Shown here: positions 24,806 through 40,887 of the stretch, one piece after another
How the letters are laid out: each line of letters opens with the position of its first letter
How positions within the stretch are numbered: position 1 is the first letter of the stretch
NCBI RefSeq assembly: GCF_006345805.1
Contig: NC_042999.1
Coordinates: forward strand, 120,404,001-120,468,000
Source: Octopus sinensis
Taxonomy: Eukaryota
Direction of reading: 5' to 3'
Length of the DNA: 64,000 nt
Notes under the pieces: model-generated
The model's input: the letters and a program-made list of their open reading frames with translations, nothing else
Database searches by the model: none
What the model was told of the DNA's origin: nothing
Position numbers and translations under genes: made by a program

Positions 24806-24900
<95 letters not shown>
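22421..24900. repeat. About 1.27-kb tandem duplication bounded by (TA)n
   Basis: The unit starting atacatgtttgtatgtatgc occurs at 22421 and 23691. The copies differ only in homopolymer/microsatellite lengths as far as I can see. Confidence 0.92.
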
Positions 24901-25898
24901 GAGCGTGTGTGTATACGTGTCTGCATACATATATGCACGCATATATATATATATATATATATATATACAAAAGTTCGAACACACATATACATCTACATGT
25001 ATATACACACACACACATATCAATGTTTATATGTCTATGTGTATGTACTTCGACGCATAAATGTGCATATATGTAAACGTGCATATATGTACACATCTGT
25101 CTACTACTAAATGAACACACAAATTTATATATGTATGTCACCGTGTGTATGTGTAAGTGTATGTATTTTGTGGAGGTATGTGTATGCGTGCGTGATTAGA
25201 TACATGCCCTTACATATTCATTAAATTCTCTCAGCGCTTACCCGAAAGCAAACAACACTCACAGATGCGAAACTGTTATCCATTGCAATTAATTTCAACT
25301 ATATTTTATTCTTAATTTTTATACTATATCACTTAACATTTCATCATATAGATGTTTACCTTGACAAAGTAAAGCCCCATGAAATTGCTCGGAAATATAA
25401 TATGCTCTCTCACCCGTGCCTCGCTACATTATGTGATCGTGCATTAGAAAATACACATAAAAAATAACATTTTCAATAATGAAGAAAAATAGATCTGTTC
25501 CTCACTTTGATGTCCAACGTACAATTTTAATGGGTGTTTTGGTTGAATTCTAGATACTGTATTTATGTATTTCTTTCATGGACTACTGACAACACCGTCG
25601 TGTCAATTTATATATGTATTATATCACTGCCACGTTTTAGAAAACTGGATCAAAACTATTTCTAATTTACTTTCAATTCCACACAACATGGAAAACATTA
25701 ACAATTCGCAAGCTATAAACGAGGATCCATTGTCGTTAAAATCTTTTGGTACTTTAACTTCGATAACGCGCGATATGATGTCCACAGTGCACAGCATCAT
25801 ATAACCTGCCATAAACTTCCACGAGACACATTCATATACACCGATGTATATGAATATACATGTATATGTATATATACATATATTTATATTTATATATG

Positions 25899-25967
<69 letters not shown>

Positions 25968-26454
25968 CTTATACATGAAAATATATACACATACATACGC
26001 CCGTATATATGTATACGTTTATATGCAGACAGTTATACACAACGTTGAAATAATAAAATGACACTTACGATGACACTTAGGTTCCTTATCGTATTCCTCA
26101 CCGTCTTCTTCCGATGAAGATCATGATCAATATAATTTTCGCCTTTCCTATTGTAATCGACAGTAAAACATTGTGACTATTAATATTGGAATAGTTTTCC
26201 AATAATAGTTTTCTAAGACTAGAAGGCCCTAATTACATTGGATATATAAATATACACTATCTAAATGCCAGTTATTATTGTTATTATTTGTTTGTGTGTA
26301 ACTGTGCCTGTGTGTGTGGCTGTGTGTTTGTGTGTATGTGTGTGTGTGTGTGTATGTGTGTGTGTGTGTGTGCACATCATAAATTCTATAATTATTTTTT
26401 TTTTTTTCTTGTATCATACTCGCTTACATAATTTCTATAGTGAACTAAACCTGA

Positions 26455-26637
26455 AATCATCATTATCATCATCATCATCATCATCACCGTCATCATCATC
26501 ATCATCATAATCATCATCATCATCATCATCATCGTCATTATCACCACCACCACCACCACCACCATCATCATATCGTCATTATCACCACCACCACCACCGC
26601 CATCATCATCATCATCATCGTCATTATCACCACCACC

Positions 26638-26707
<70 letters not shown>

Positions 26708-26720
26708 ACATCATCATCGT
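26455..26720. repeat. Compound (CAT)n/(CAC)n microsatellite
   Basis: Directly visible, with internal duplication of the atcgtcattatcaccacc unit. Confidence 0.95.
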
Positions 26721-27008
26721 CGTCAAATTATCACTGAACACTAAGTAATGATTTCTTTCCGTCCATGGCATTGATATATTTCTTGTCGATCTTGCCTGTG
26801 TAATGTATTTTATCACGTTTATTGTGTACCTGACAAATGGCCAGGTTATCTATCTGTGTGTCCCTATTAGCTTATCACTCCGGTCGCATATGAGCGAAAA
26901 CAACGCAAAAACACACGAACAAACTACAAACACAAATTGTAATATTCAAACTCACTTCTCCACTTTCTACTTCACATATTTTCTTCTCTTTTTCATTATT
27001 TCCTTCTT

Positions 27009-27098
<90 letters not shown>

Positions 27099-27100
<2 letters not shown>

Positions 27101-27395
27101 TTCTTTTTTTCTTCTTTCAAATTTGCTTCCATTTCTTGCCGAGTGTCTTCCCGACTCCTAAGGCAAAGAAACTCATAGTATACATTGGTAGGCCATTAAA
27201 CCAAACTCAATAGTTCGTTCATTTTTTTTTTTTTTTTTTTTAAAGTTAAATTAAAATACATGAGCAGCAACAGTTCTCACATCGACAATGCTCTTCTCAA
27301 TATGTGTGATGTACCAGTTAAGACAATCTTTTGCACTTCTTGCAGGGATGGTAAGCCAGGGATCATTCTCATATAATTTTCGGTTCCCTTCTTGA

Positions 27396-27474
<79 letters not shown>

Positions 27475-27767
27475 TTCTTTTTTCTTCTTTCAAATTTGCT
27501 TCCATTTCTTGCCGAGTGTCTTCCCGACTCCTAAGGCAAAGAAACTCATAGTATACATTGGTAGGCCATTAAACCAAACTCAATAGTTCGTTCATTTTTT
27601 TTTTTTTTTTTTTAAAGTTAAATTAAAATACATGAGCAGCAACAGTTCTCACATCGACAATGCTCTTCTCAATATGTGTGATGTACCAGTTAAGACAATC
27701 TTTTGCACTTCTTGCAGGGATGGTAAGCCAGGGATCATTCTCATATAATTTTCGGTTCCCTTCTTGA

Positions 27768-27770
<3 letters not shown>
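27099..27770 (-). mobile_element. Two tandem 3'-end copies of a young R4/Dong LINE in (TTA)n
   Basis: 27099-27398 and 27473-27770 encode MIKKGTENYMRMIPGLPSLQEVQKIVLTGTSHILRRALSM* plus the 3' UTR. Same family as 57741-58263. Confidence 0.85.
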
Positions 27771-27822
<52 letters not shown>

Positions 27823-27856
27823 TATTATTATTATTATTTTTATTACTACTACTACA

Positions 27857-27908
<52 letters not shown>

Positions 27909-28399
27909 TTGGTTTCACGACTGATTTTGCTATGAATTTCAGGTATTTCATTTTTCGATAGTTTGAATATGCATAATTTCTGCCATGGTTTTTAGCTAGC
28001 ATATTCACTGCCACCATTTTAACATTGTTGAAACTCGTGTTGATCTTAATATAACTAAGATCACCATTATGACTAAGGTCAAAAAGGGATCTTAGTTATA
28101 TTGTTTTTGCCGGATTTGCTGACTGAACTTATCCACCCTGCTTTTCTTTATCTCCCATTCACCTTTTATCTCATTTGTAAAAATAGGTGACACCATATTA
28201 ATATTAATATCCTTTTGATATACGTATTGTTCAAAACTTATGAAGAAAAATCGTGATATCAACATGAACAGCCAGCCAGTTCACCTTTCCCCTTTCCAGA
28301 TAACGTAAAAAGACCACTGTAAAAAGGGTCATGCCAAGTTCATTGTGCCGAATATTTTCAATTCTCTCATGTAATATGCTAATGCCATTGTTTATTTGA

Positions 28400-29750
28400 T
28401 TTATAGCCAATGGCTAAGTCTTAAAACATCTTCATAATGCCCTCTTTAGACAGTCAATGCATCTTGTACCTTCTGTGCTTCTGTGTCTCGAGCCCTTTTT
28501 GTAGATCTTAGAATTCTTGAGAGACATCCAATTCGAGCTGCAGAGCAGAAGAGCTGTGTCGGCGAATGCAGATGGAGTCATCATAATGGTGTGCTATAGC
28601 ATGGGACAGGAAATCGTCAGCATCTTGCTAAATATAATATGAAGTGGTGGTAGGAGTAAAGATAAAGCAGGACAAATTACTTTTCTTGTTATGTCTTAGA
28701 TTACGAACCTACCCCCCAGTTAAACGTATCGGATTCGGATTTGATATGGACCTCCAGGTTGACTGGAACAGGTTAGAATTTATGACTTGAGTAGCCAACC
28801 AAACTCAGGAATGTGTTGGGAGGAGACTATCCCTGAGCGATTGATCAATTGTAAATGATCAAGAGACCGTTGAGCATTGCGCTACTTCTTGAGTGTCAAA
28901 CTTTGAGCGTCTGCACTCCTTCTCTCTTTAAAAGGAACCCGTTCTATTGGTTATATCGTTCATCTGTTGTAACGATTCTTAGGAATAGGGGCTCAGCATA
29001 CTTTGGCTGCAGATTCACAGACATGCCCTGAAGCACCACTATTTGCATCCTTTTTTGGGACAGTAAGCATGTGTGAAGTCCGTTTGTAACGCACATTTTT
29101 CCGTAGCTGATTTCCTTGACAGTGCTGCTACCTAGGGCGAATTAATGCTTAACAGTTGACACCTTGCATCCCTAGTGTAGTGAGAAACCGATACCACTCT
29201 CTAATAAACTATTACAGAAACAATATATAAAGAAATGTGATGGATAAGAGCGACGTTGTTCTCGGGAATCTCTTGGTGTCAACAAGGAGGGTCTAGCTGA
29301 TCTATTTCAGAGAACATTCAGCTATGCATAATTTCTAGAAATCCTTGGCCCGGCAGTGCTAGTGTGGAGCATTACCGCTTTGGGATAAGCTTCAATGGAA
29401 CGGAAGTATCGCAAAACGAGCCTGTCTGAGATATGCACAGAACAGCTGAAACATACTACTTGCGCTTGTGCAGTGTTCGAGCAATGCTAACATGTGGAAT
29501 TTTATCAAGCGATTGTTAGATCACGTAAGTCCGATACGATTTTTGACGGAGTCCATCAAGTATCGCTCCACCGTGCACTTTTATCAAGGCAAAGCTGGTA
29601 GATTTCCTCGAAAGTAGTTGGGCAGTATACGGCATACTCAAGGCAAACACGATTTTGGCAAAGTGCTCATCGACATTTTTCAAGTTCTACTTTACAGAAA
29701 ATTAGGGCGGTGAACGAAGTGATAGTGCTGCAAATTTTACAAAATCTGAG
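28400..29750 (-). mobile_element. Possible heavily decayed CR1/L2-type LINE RT
   Basis: Higher GC block. Minus-strand PGGPYQI (GPD.I-like) and DDFLSHAIAHHYDDSIC (YADD-like) remnants. Weak evidence. Confidence 0.3.
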
Positions 29751-30115
29751 TAACTGCGGCAAAAGAGTTAATAAGAATTGCATTGCTGTAAGCATGTCCC
29801 GGTCATCTCTAGTAGTCTGGTGAACAACATTTGGGCTACGGCATGTGACGTCAGGGACTAAGTCTGTATGATTCCTCGATTGACTCTAGAGGTGATTTTC
29901 TTTATCAGAAGGCATGGATCTGGGGTGTTCAAATATTTTATGTACTACCTCTACTTTTTATTTCATCTCTCCATAGTTCCTTATCTTTCTGCATGTAAAT
30001 TCCAAACATCAATTGTAAACTGTATTTATGAGGTTACACTTGCGACAAATAAAGAATTATCATTACTTTTATCATTGTGGTCGTTGTTCTCGTTGTGTTG
30101 TTGTTGTTGTTGTTG

Positions 30116-30158
<43 letters not shown>

Positions 30159-30159
<1 letters not shown>

Positions 30160-30713
30160 GAGTGAGAGAGCAGTTCATGCCATCAAAGTGACACTGGGGT
30201 AAAATATACGAAGCCCAATATACCCATCATGACTATCCGTCTGATAAGGGTACACCAGGCACATGCATCACAACCATATGTGCGCGACATGGTGATCTCA
30301 TATCAAGATAAACAACACATGACCTTGCAGGTGGGGCCCAGTTAGAATTTTCTTCAGGTTGAGTAGCCCATCTCGTTCAAAAGGTCCCTGAATAAGGGTT
30401 GTTTAAGGATGTTGAAAGAACCACCCATGTTTCCAGAGGTGAATTATTCAAACCCCAAAGAATCCCTCTCAACACATGGCTATGATGCTCCCCCACTACT
30501 TCTGCTCATGATCAGAGATGCACATATCGTCAGTCACTAAGGGACATGCTCAACTGGTTAAAGTCAAACAACTGACAAGCAAATCTGTGGTATTGAGCAG
30601 AATATTTGCTGTAGCCCATCTTTTATACCAAGACAAAACAACGTACATGTTAACACTTCCAATCAGTTAAGATCAGAAGCCAAGAGAGCCACTGCCTGGT
30701 ACTGCATCAGGGC

Positions 30714-30717
<4 letters not shown>
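30159..30717 (-). mobile_element. About 560-bp non-coding element embedded in (TTA)n, probable Dong-dependent SINE-like repeat
   Basis: Flanked on both sides by (TTA)n. Its end is repeated in reverse complement at 57555-57678, where it is followed by (TAA)n. Confidence 0.6.
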
Positions 30718-30796
<79 letters not shown>

Positions 30797-31342
30797 TATT
30801 ATTATTATCATTATTATTATTATTATTATTATTTTATTCAAAAGCTATTACATATTAATTTATTTTACAGTTATGTCATCTTGACATTTTTTGGCGAAAG
30901 ATCAACTCAAATCTTAAGAATCCTTATAAGGATTCTTGCGGAATACAAGATTGCATTTTTCTATATATCGACAGTGTCTGTTTCATTTGCAATACTCTTC
31001 AGTCTCTGAGGTAGCCGTTTACTTATTGTAACGTTTACAAATTACCATAGGAACAACTGACACGTTTGTCTGTCACAATCATTGCATTTCTCTTTCTGAT
31101 ATTTTTCAATTTTCTTAATATCTTTTACGCCTACTCTATTGCACTAGTTTTGTGTTCTACAATTATCTCTAGTTTCCTAGCTTCAATAATATGGTCAATC
31201 ATTTCAGAAAAGTCCCTTGAAATCATATTATTACTATTCACCTTTAGAGCCACTGGCTACCGTTCATATTACTCTTCTGTCATCCTGAATCTACAAACAC
31301 GGGCAACAAATCGATATTATTTTAATTATCATCTTTATTTAC

Positions 31343-31540
31343 TAGGCAGTGAGGTGGCAGAATCGTTAGCATGTTGGGAAAAATAATTAATGGTATTTCT
31401 TCCGGCTTTAGGTTATGAATTCTAATGCTGCCGGGATCAAGTTTGCCCTTTAGCAAAATGACAGTCGAACTGCTGGGCCAATGTAGTCGATTACACACAC
31501 TCATATAATCGGGCTTTTTGCCTATAGTAGAAAGAATTAT
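31343..31540 (+). mobile_element. tRNA-derived octopus-type SINE (second family), decayed
   Basis: ggcagtgaggtggcagaatcgttagc... head and ...ttgcctatagtagaaagaattatt tail, shared with the 43810 and 55771 copies. Confidence 0.65.
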
Positions 31541-32964
31541 TTATTTGTCATTTTTTTTATTAAGTGCATTTGCAGTACTACTTTTAAACAATTTTACATT
31601 GGTTGGCGTATGTGAATTAAAAAGCTCGGTAGGTATTAGCCTTTTCATGTATGTTGTATCTTATGAGCTTTATCTAATCCTAAGGATTTGCGAGGTTTGG
31701 TTTCTTTTAGTTCCTACAATTCAGTATTCGCACGTAATCGCGTTCCAGTTTTAATTCATTTGCCTCTTAAAGTTTATTTGTCACATTTATCTAACCCCAT
31801 ATTCTGACTGATCTCATCTACCATGTATAGTACTATTAGCTACCGGGTAGTGCCACACTTAAAAGAATTTTAAAGTAATTATGTAAAAAAAAAATATAGT
31901 TTATTTATTTGGAGCTAATGGCGATTTCATCAAGCAATTTTGTAGTATAAAAATTAAAAAGAATAGAAAACATATGAAGCTGATAATGAAATATTAGTAA
32001 AAGGCTGCCTTTCCTTATATTTTCATTGCTTTGAAGTTATATATTTAGTTTCCGTTTTGACATGGCATGCTCGATATATTACTTTCGTGTTACAGCAATT
32101 TTATTTATATGCATTTTCCCCCAATACTGATAAGTGCAGCATACTAGCAAACACTTTCTGTAATCAATCCGTTTTATGCTAAGGTTTTTGCTTTCTCAGT
32201 TAACAGGTAATTGGTTTTTACAAACATATATTTCTTTTTACAGACATATTTCTCTTTTCCATACTCTTTTCTGTTCTTATAGTAATATTCTATCACTTTG
32301 TAGATGTACAAACGGCTTTTTTTTCAGTATACATATACAGGGTTTATATGTTGTTGGAAAACTCGTTATTAATCTATTTCTGTTTTGGGGAATCAATATT
32401 GTTTTCCCATCAAGTAACGATTCAGATGTTGGTGCCTGGCTTGTTTACTAATTTATTGAATGTTAATGCAATAAATTAATGAATAATGGTTTGGTATTTC
32501 AGCCATAAATTGGGAACAATGTCAGTTCTGCAAGATTTACAGTTGCTTGCAATAATTATCATATTATTGAATTTACTGTGTACTTACTGTGTACTTTTCT
32601 TACGATCTTCCCATATAATACAATGTGCACTTCGGAATATGTTGAGCGTCTTTAAATTATCCAAATATGTTTGACTTTCTTACAATACTGATGTTTCATT
32701 CGGGGTTATGCCATTTTGTAGATGTGCATGAAATTTGCTTTGCTATTTAAAAAAATATATTTTTATTAAAAATATTATTGTTCACCCTTTTAAAAACTTC
32801 ATGTCTGACACAATATAGACATAAACGATTTTTTAACCATAATAGAGGATCCCTTTTAGCCACTTATATTTTCTGATTACTCAACGCATTTTCTTGTGTC
32901 ACATTACTTCAATCCCCTTTTAGTTTTCGAATAAAAGATATTTCTTTCGGTTTAGATCGTCAGT

Positions 32965-34243
32965 TACGTAATGCCCCTGACCCACTTCCCATAGCAGTAG
33001 AGCAACGAAACTTGGCACAGTTATTAGTCTTTTTCTACATAGGAACCACCCAGAGTTACGCATTTCTCCCATCGTTTGATGCGGCTCTGGAGACCGTTTT
33101 TGTAGAAGAACCTAGCTTGGTCCTCCAACCTCAACGTGACTTCAGAAAACAAGGCTGCATCATCTGGGAAACGCTTTCCTTTCAAAAACAACTTCATGAT
33201 TGGGAAGAGGTGAAAATCAGAGGGTGCAAGGTCAGGAAAGTAGGGGGGATGGGGAGGAGTTCATAGCCATACGCCTGTGCTTCTGATCTGCCGACAAGCG
33301 AGTTGTGGACCGGAGCGTTGTCCTGCAGGAGAAGGATGCCTTTGCTGATCTTGCCCCGCCTCTTGATTTTGATAGCTTCTCTTAATTTCCTCAAAAGTGA
33401 AGCATAATAGGCTCCTGTAATTGTGCCACCCTTTGCCAGGAAATCTGTCATCACTACTCCGTCCTGGTCCCAGAAGACTGTGAGCATGACCTTGCCAGCG
33501 GAGGGCTGCACCCTTGCCTTCTTTGGAGGGGGTGAGTCACGGTGTGTCCACTGCATTGACTGGGCTTTGGTCTCTGGATCATCGTGATGGACCCAGGTTT
33601 CATCCTGTGTAATCAGTCTTTTGAAAAAGTTTGACTCATCTTTTTGGCACATCTCCAAATTCACCTTCGAGCACTCGACGCGTTCTTGCTTCTGGAAAGG
33701 CGTGAGCAACCTGGGAATCCATCTGGCAGACACCTTTTGCATATGCAAATAGTCATGAATGATAGTTTCCACAGACCCAGTACTAATCTTGACCTCATGG
33801 GCTATTTGGCGAATAATTATGCGTCGATCTTCCAAAATGGCAGCCTCAACGTGACGGACAGATTCCTCATCAATGGCAGAAGGGGGCGACAAGATCTGGG
33901 AGCTGTTTCCACAGAGTTCCGACCATGTTTGAATTCACGATGCCAGCGTTTTACAAGGTCATATGATGGGGCATCATCACCATAAGTTACATTCATTTCA
34001 TCAAACGTATCCCGTGGTGTGCGTCCTTTCAAATACAAAAACCGGATCACTGCTCAACACTCAACAGGCTCCATTTCACACTTGACTCGGTTCAAACACC
34101 TGTAAATCAGAAACCACAATTAGTTCAGAGCTGTACTTTGCCACTTAATCTATAGAGATATAAATGATTGTACATGCAAAATTTCAGCTAGATCAAACAA
34201 CTGCAAGTGGGTCAAAGGCATTACTTATTAAACGTCCCTCGTA
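32965..34243 (-). mobile_element. Mariner (DD34D) transposon, near full length, defective
   Basis: ORF track 33194-33892 has WIPRLL, ITQDETWVHH and LLQDNAPVH, with a frameshift before YSPDLAPSD. The right TIR is intact with TA at 34242-34243; the left TIR is partly lost. Confidence 0.93.
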
Positions 34244-34762
34244 TAGTAATTTTTCTTTATGCACTTATTTAGTCATGCGTTTCGTCGTGAGGAGTTTTAC
34301 TCTAAGATTAAACACGATTTCCCATAATATGATTGTCCTTATTAAAATTATTCGAACATATACTCTGTTAAAATGCATTTGTTTTTCCGTGAGAGATTTT
34401 TTTTTTTTGAGAGCTTCTACTTCTTGTACTTTTGTGTCTTGTGAACAGAATAATGGTGAACCAACTTCAGTGATTTAGTTACGCTCACATCTATTTTGTT
34501 TATTCCTATTCAAATTGAGATGGAGCTAACATTTGATTATTCCACTATTTCTCTTCCCTTTTACAGCCATCTCGCATTTACACACATATTTAATGTATGT
34601 ACCCGGCAGTCAATTCATGTCATGTTCATACTTTATTTTTCTTTCTGCAATGAGCAAATTATTTTTACATTTGGTATTTCTGGTATTCCAGCAATAGACA
34701 ATGACACACACACACACACGCACACACATACACACACAAACACACACACAAACACATATATA

Positions 34763-35180
34763 TACGAGGGGCGTTCAATAAGTAATTCCCCTGACCCACT
34801 TCCCATAGCAGTAGAGCAACGAAACTTGGCACAGTTATTAGTCTTTTTCTACATAGGAACCCCCCAGAGTTACGCATTTCTCACATCGTTTGATGCAGCT
34901 CTGAAGACCGTTTTTGTAGAAAACCCCTCTTGGTCCTTCAACCACGACTTGACTTCAGAAAACAAGGCTGCATCATCTGGGAAACGCTTTCCTTTCAAAA
35001 ACAACTTCATAGCTGTGAAGAGGTGAAAATCAGAGGGTGCAAGGTTCAAACACCTGTAAATCAGAAACCACAATTAGTTCAGAGCTGTAATTTTCCACTT
35101 AATCTATAGAGATATAAATAATTGTACATGCAAATAACTGCAAGTGGGTCAGGAGCATTACCTATTGAACACCCCTCGTA
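34763..35180 (-). mobile_element. Internally deleted (MITE-like) derivative of the same mariner family
   Basis: TA-flanked TIRs (cgaggggcgttcaataagtaat / attacctattgaacacccctcg). The deletion junction gcaaggt|tcaaacacc has GGT microhomology. Confidence 0.9.
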
Positions 35181-35190
35181 TATATTATTA

Positions 35191-35233
<43 letters not shown>

Positions 35234-35273
35234 CATCATCATCATCATCATTATTATTATTATTATTATTATT

Positions 35274-38335
<3,062 letters not shown>

Positions 38336-38572
38336 TAGTATTTCTTCCTGTGTCATGTCCCCCGTCGGGATGTATGGTATGACAGTATTTATCTTTGTGT
38401 TACTTTACTCCTATCTACCCTTCTTACATTCATGAGAATATTTTTCTTCTGGAACATCCACCAAGTCGGTGAGTTGTCTTATCCATTCTGATTTTCTTTA
38501 TCTCCCATTCACCTTTTATCTCATTTGTAAAAAATAAATGACACCATATTGATATTAATATACTTTTGATAT

Positions 38573-40813
38573 CAATTGCACTACGGAGGAACCTCTAGGT
38601 GACTCTGATCATGTATGATCATCGCCAATCTGGCTCTTGCGGGCAACAAAAACCTGAACCATCTCCAATCTGCTTCCTTCGATTGGAAGAGAGCAGATTG
38701 GAACCTGTACCACACTGAACTACAGTACCCAAACTGGCGTGAATTCTACAACTCTGGAGATGTGAATACTATACTCCAGAGTATCCTGGACTCAATATGG
38801 GCAGCATGTGCAGCATCAGTGCCACGTAAACAAAAAAAGAAGAACCGCCCCAAAAGGGCAATTTGGGAAACTTCAGCGGTCCGACTTGCCAGGAGGGAAC
38901 GTCGGACTGCTGAACGGGAATACAGGTTGCATAAATCAGACACCAACAGGAAGAAGCGGAATAAATCCTCCAACCATCTCAAGCAAGTGACAAAAAAGCA
39001 GTGCTTGAATTTGAACAGTGCATAGCAGCCAATCCTGACAGCAAGGTTTTCTGGAAATATGTGCACTCAAAGCAGAGACCTCACTCTCCAGTGGGCCCTC
39101 TTCACAACCCTCACACAAACCAGATCACTGACGACCCCAAGGAATGCGCAGAACTCATTGCCGAGTGCTATGCAAACATATTCACTGTTGAAAGTCAAAA
39201 TGTACCATCTTCACCATCACTAACAGCAAACTCCATAACAACTATGGAATTTACACCTGCAATGCTGCGACGTCACCTTCAAAATAAGCGCAACTATGCC
39301 TCCCCTGGTCTCGATGGAGTTACATACCTGCTTCTCAAACGTGGCAGGCACTTCCTTTTACACCAGCTTTCTATTTTCTTCCAGTACTGTCTCAACAATG
39401 GTGCTACTCCGGAGCAGTGGAAAACTGCCAGTGTCATTCCTCTGTTCAAAAAGGGCGACCGCACATCACCTGTCAACTATCGCCCAGTCAGTCTCACTAG
39501 CTGTATTGCAAAACTGATGGAATCGTGTGTCAGAGAAACACTCTGGAACTTCTGGAGCTCTCACAGTCTCATTCGACCCTCACAATATGGATTTGTCCCT
39601 AACTCCAGCTGCAGTGACCAGCTTGTCGAGTTCCTTGAGGACATTACTCAGATTACTGACAGTGGCTCATGGGTGGATGTTGTCTACCTTGACTTTGCTA
39701 AGGCTTTCAACTCTGTGCCACACAAAAGGCTTATGGTGAAACTCTCTGCAATGGGTGTGGGAGATGACCTTTTTAACTGGTTGAAATCCTTCATCTTCAG
39801 CCGAAAGGAGGTAGTCACAGTTCTAGGACAGCACTCTACACCATATGAGATGTCATCGGGTGTACCACAGGGATCTGTCCTTGGTCCCCTCTTGTTTGTG
39901 GCATACATTAACGACATAGATGCCAATTTAAAGAATGCCACAGTATTGAAATATGCAGACGACATCAAGCTGTACCTTGAAATCAAGAGGACAGATCCTG
40001 ATGTCTACAACTCTTTCCTGCAATCAGACCTAGACACAATGCATCAATGGATCACAGACTGGCAACTGAAACTGGCTGTGGACAAGTGTACCACCATGCA
40101 TTTTGGGAGAAAAAACCCTGCGTTCACATACTCCCTCCACAACACTGATATCAAGAAATCCTCTTGCGAGCGTGACCTAGGCATCACTGTCAGCAGTGAT
40201 TTGCGTTGGTCAAAGCATATCTCTAAGATTGTCAGGAAGGCCGAGGGTGTCTTGGCATCACTCAGCAGGTCTTTTGTTAGCCGCTCTCCAGCCATCTATT
40301 TAAAACTGTATACAGCTATGGTACGACCACACTTGGAATTCGCATCATCAGTTTGGAACCCCTATCTTGCACAGAACATTGACCTCCTGGAATCTGTCCA
40401 GAGACGTGCAACCAAACGCATACCCTCCATCAGACACCTACCATATTCTGAGCGCCTTGTTTCCCTGGGCATGGATTCACTGAAGCTCCGGCGTTTGGCG
40501 ACGGACTTGGTAAACACCCACAAAGTTATCAACCACCTCACCAACAACAACACTGAACATCTTTTTGATCTCCATGTGTCTAACACACGTGGACATGCCT
40601 ACAAAGTCAGAAAACAATACAGCTCCCATGACTTTCGGAAACATTTTTTCACGCTCAGAGTTGCTGAAGCATGGAATAAACTGCCTGCGTCAGTTGTTGA
40701 CTGCCATGACACTGCATCTTTTAAGGCCCTCATGCTTTCCGAAATCCGCCGAAACTACACCTGATTATAAATACACTTTAGATGAGTTGTAGTGCACCTG
40801 AGCACTGTACACA

Positions 40814-40882
<69 letters not shown>
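38573..40882 (+). mobile_element. Young 5'-truncated CR1-clade LINE with (TTA)n tail
   Basis: Boundaries are defined by the uninterrupted paralogous target at 28125-28300. It has a short 3' UTR and a (TTA)n tail. Confidence 0.92.
39001..40764 (+). CDS. CR1 LINE ORF2 reverse transcriptase (587 aa uninterrupted; upstream part frameshifted at an A-run near 38995)
   Basis: NYRPVSLTS, LDFAKAFNSVPH, SGVPQGSVLGPLLF, KYADDIKLY, ERDLGITV, LYTAMVRPHLEF, TRGHAYK, FFTLRVAEAWNKLP. Confidence 0.93.
   Translation: MLEFEQCIAANPDSKVFWKYVHSKQRPHSPVGPLHNPHTNQITDDPKECAELIAECYANIFTVESQNVPSSPSLTANSITTMEFTPAMLRRHLQNKRNYASPGLDGVTYLLLKRGRHFLLHQLSIFFQYCLNNGATPEQWKTASVIPLFKKGDRTSPVNYRPVSLTSCIAKLMESCVRETLWNFWSSHSLIRPSQYGFVPNSSCSDQLVEFLEDITQITDSGSWVDVVYLDFAKAFNSVPHKRLMVKLSAMGVGDDLFNWLKSFIFSRKEVVTVLGQHSTPYEMSSGVPQGSVLGPLLFVAYINDIDANLKNATVLKYADDIKLYLEIKRTDPDVYNSFLQSDLDTMHQWITDWQLKLAVDKCTTMHFGRKNPAFTYSLHNTDIKKSSCERDLGITVSSDLRWSKHISKIVRKAEGVLASLSRSFVSRSPAIYLKLYTAMVRPHLEFASSVWNPYLAQNIDLLESVQRRATKRIPSIRHLPYSERLVSLGMDSLKLRRLATDLVNTHKVINHLTNNNTEHLFDLHVSNTRGHAYKVRKQYSSHDFRKHFFTLRVAEAWNKLPASVVDCHDTASFKALMLSEIRRNYT

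Positions 40883-40887
<5 letters not shown>

Noticed and set aside
25340-26180. Several minus-strand exon-like stretches (e.g. [14 protein letters not shown]..., SQCFTVDYNRKG...)
   Set aside because: Splice phases do not join into an open frame, acceptors are weak, and no family is recognised.
30963-31005. Minus-strand CTGAAGA...GAAAC AG ACA CT GTC hammerhead-like core
   Set aside because: The core and stem III fit, but stem II is weak and stem I cannot form. Kept only as a possible relic.
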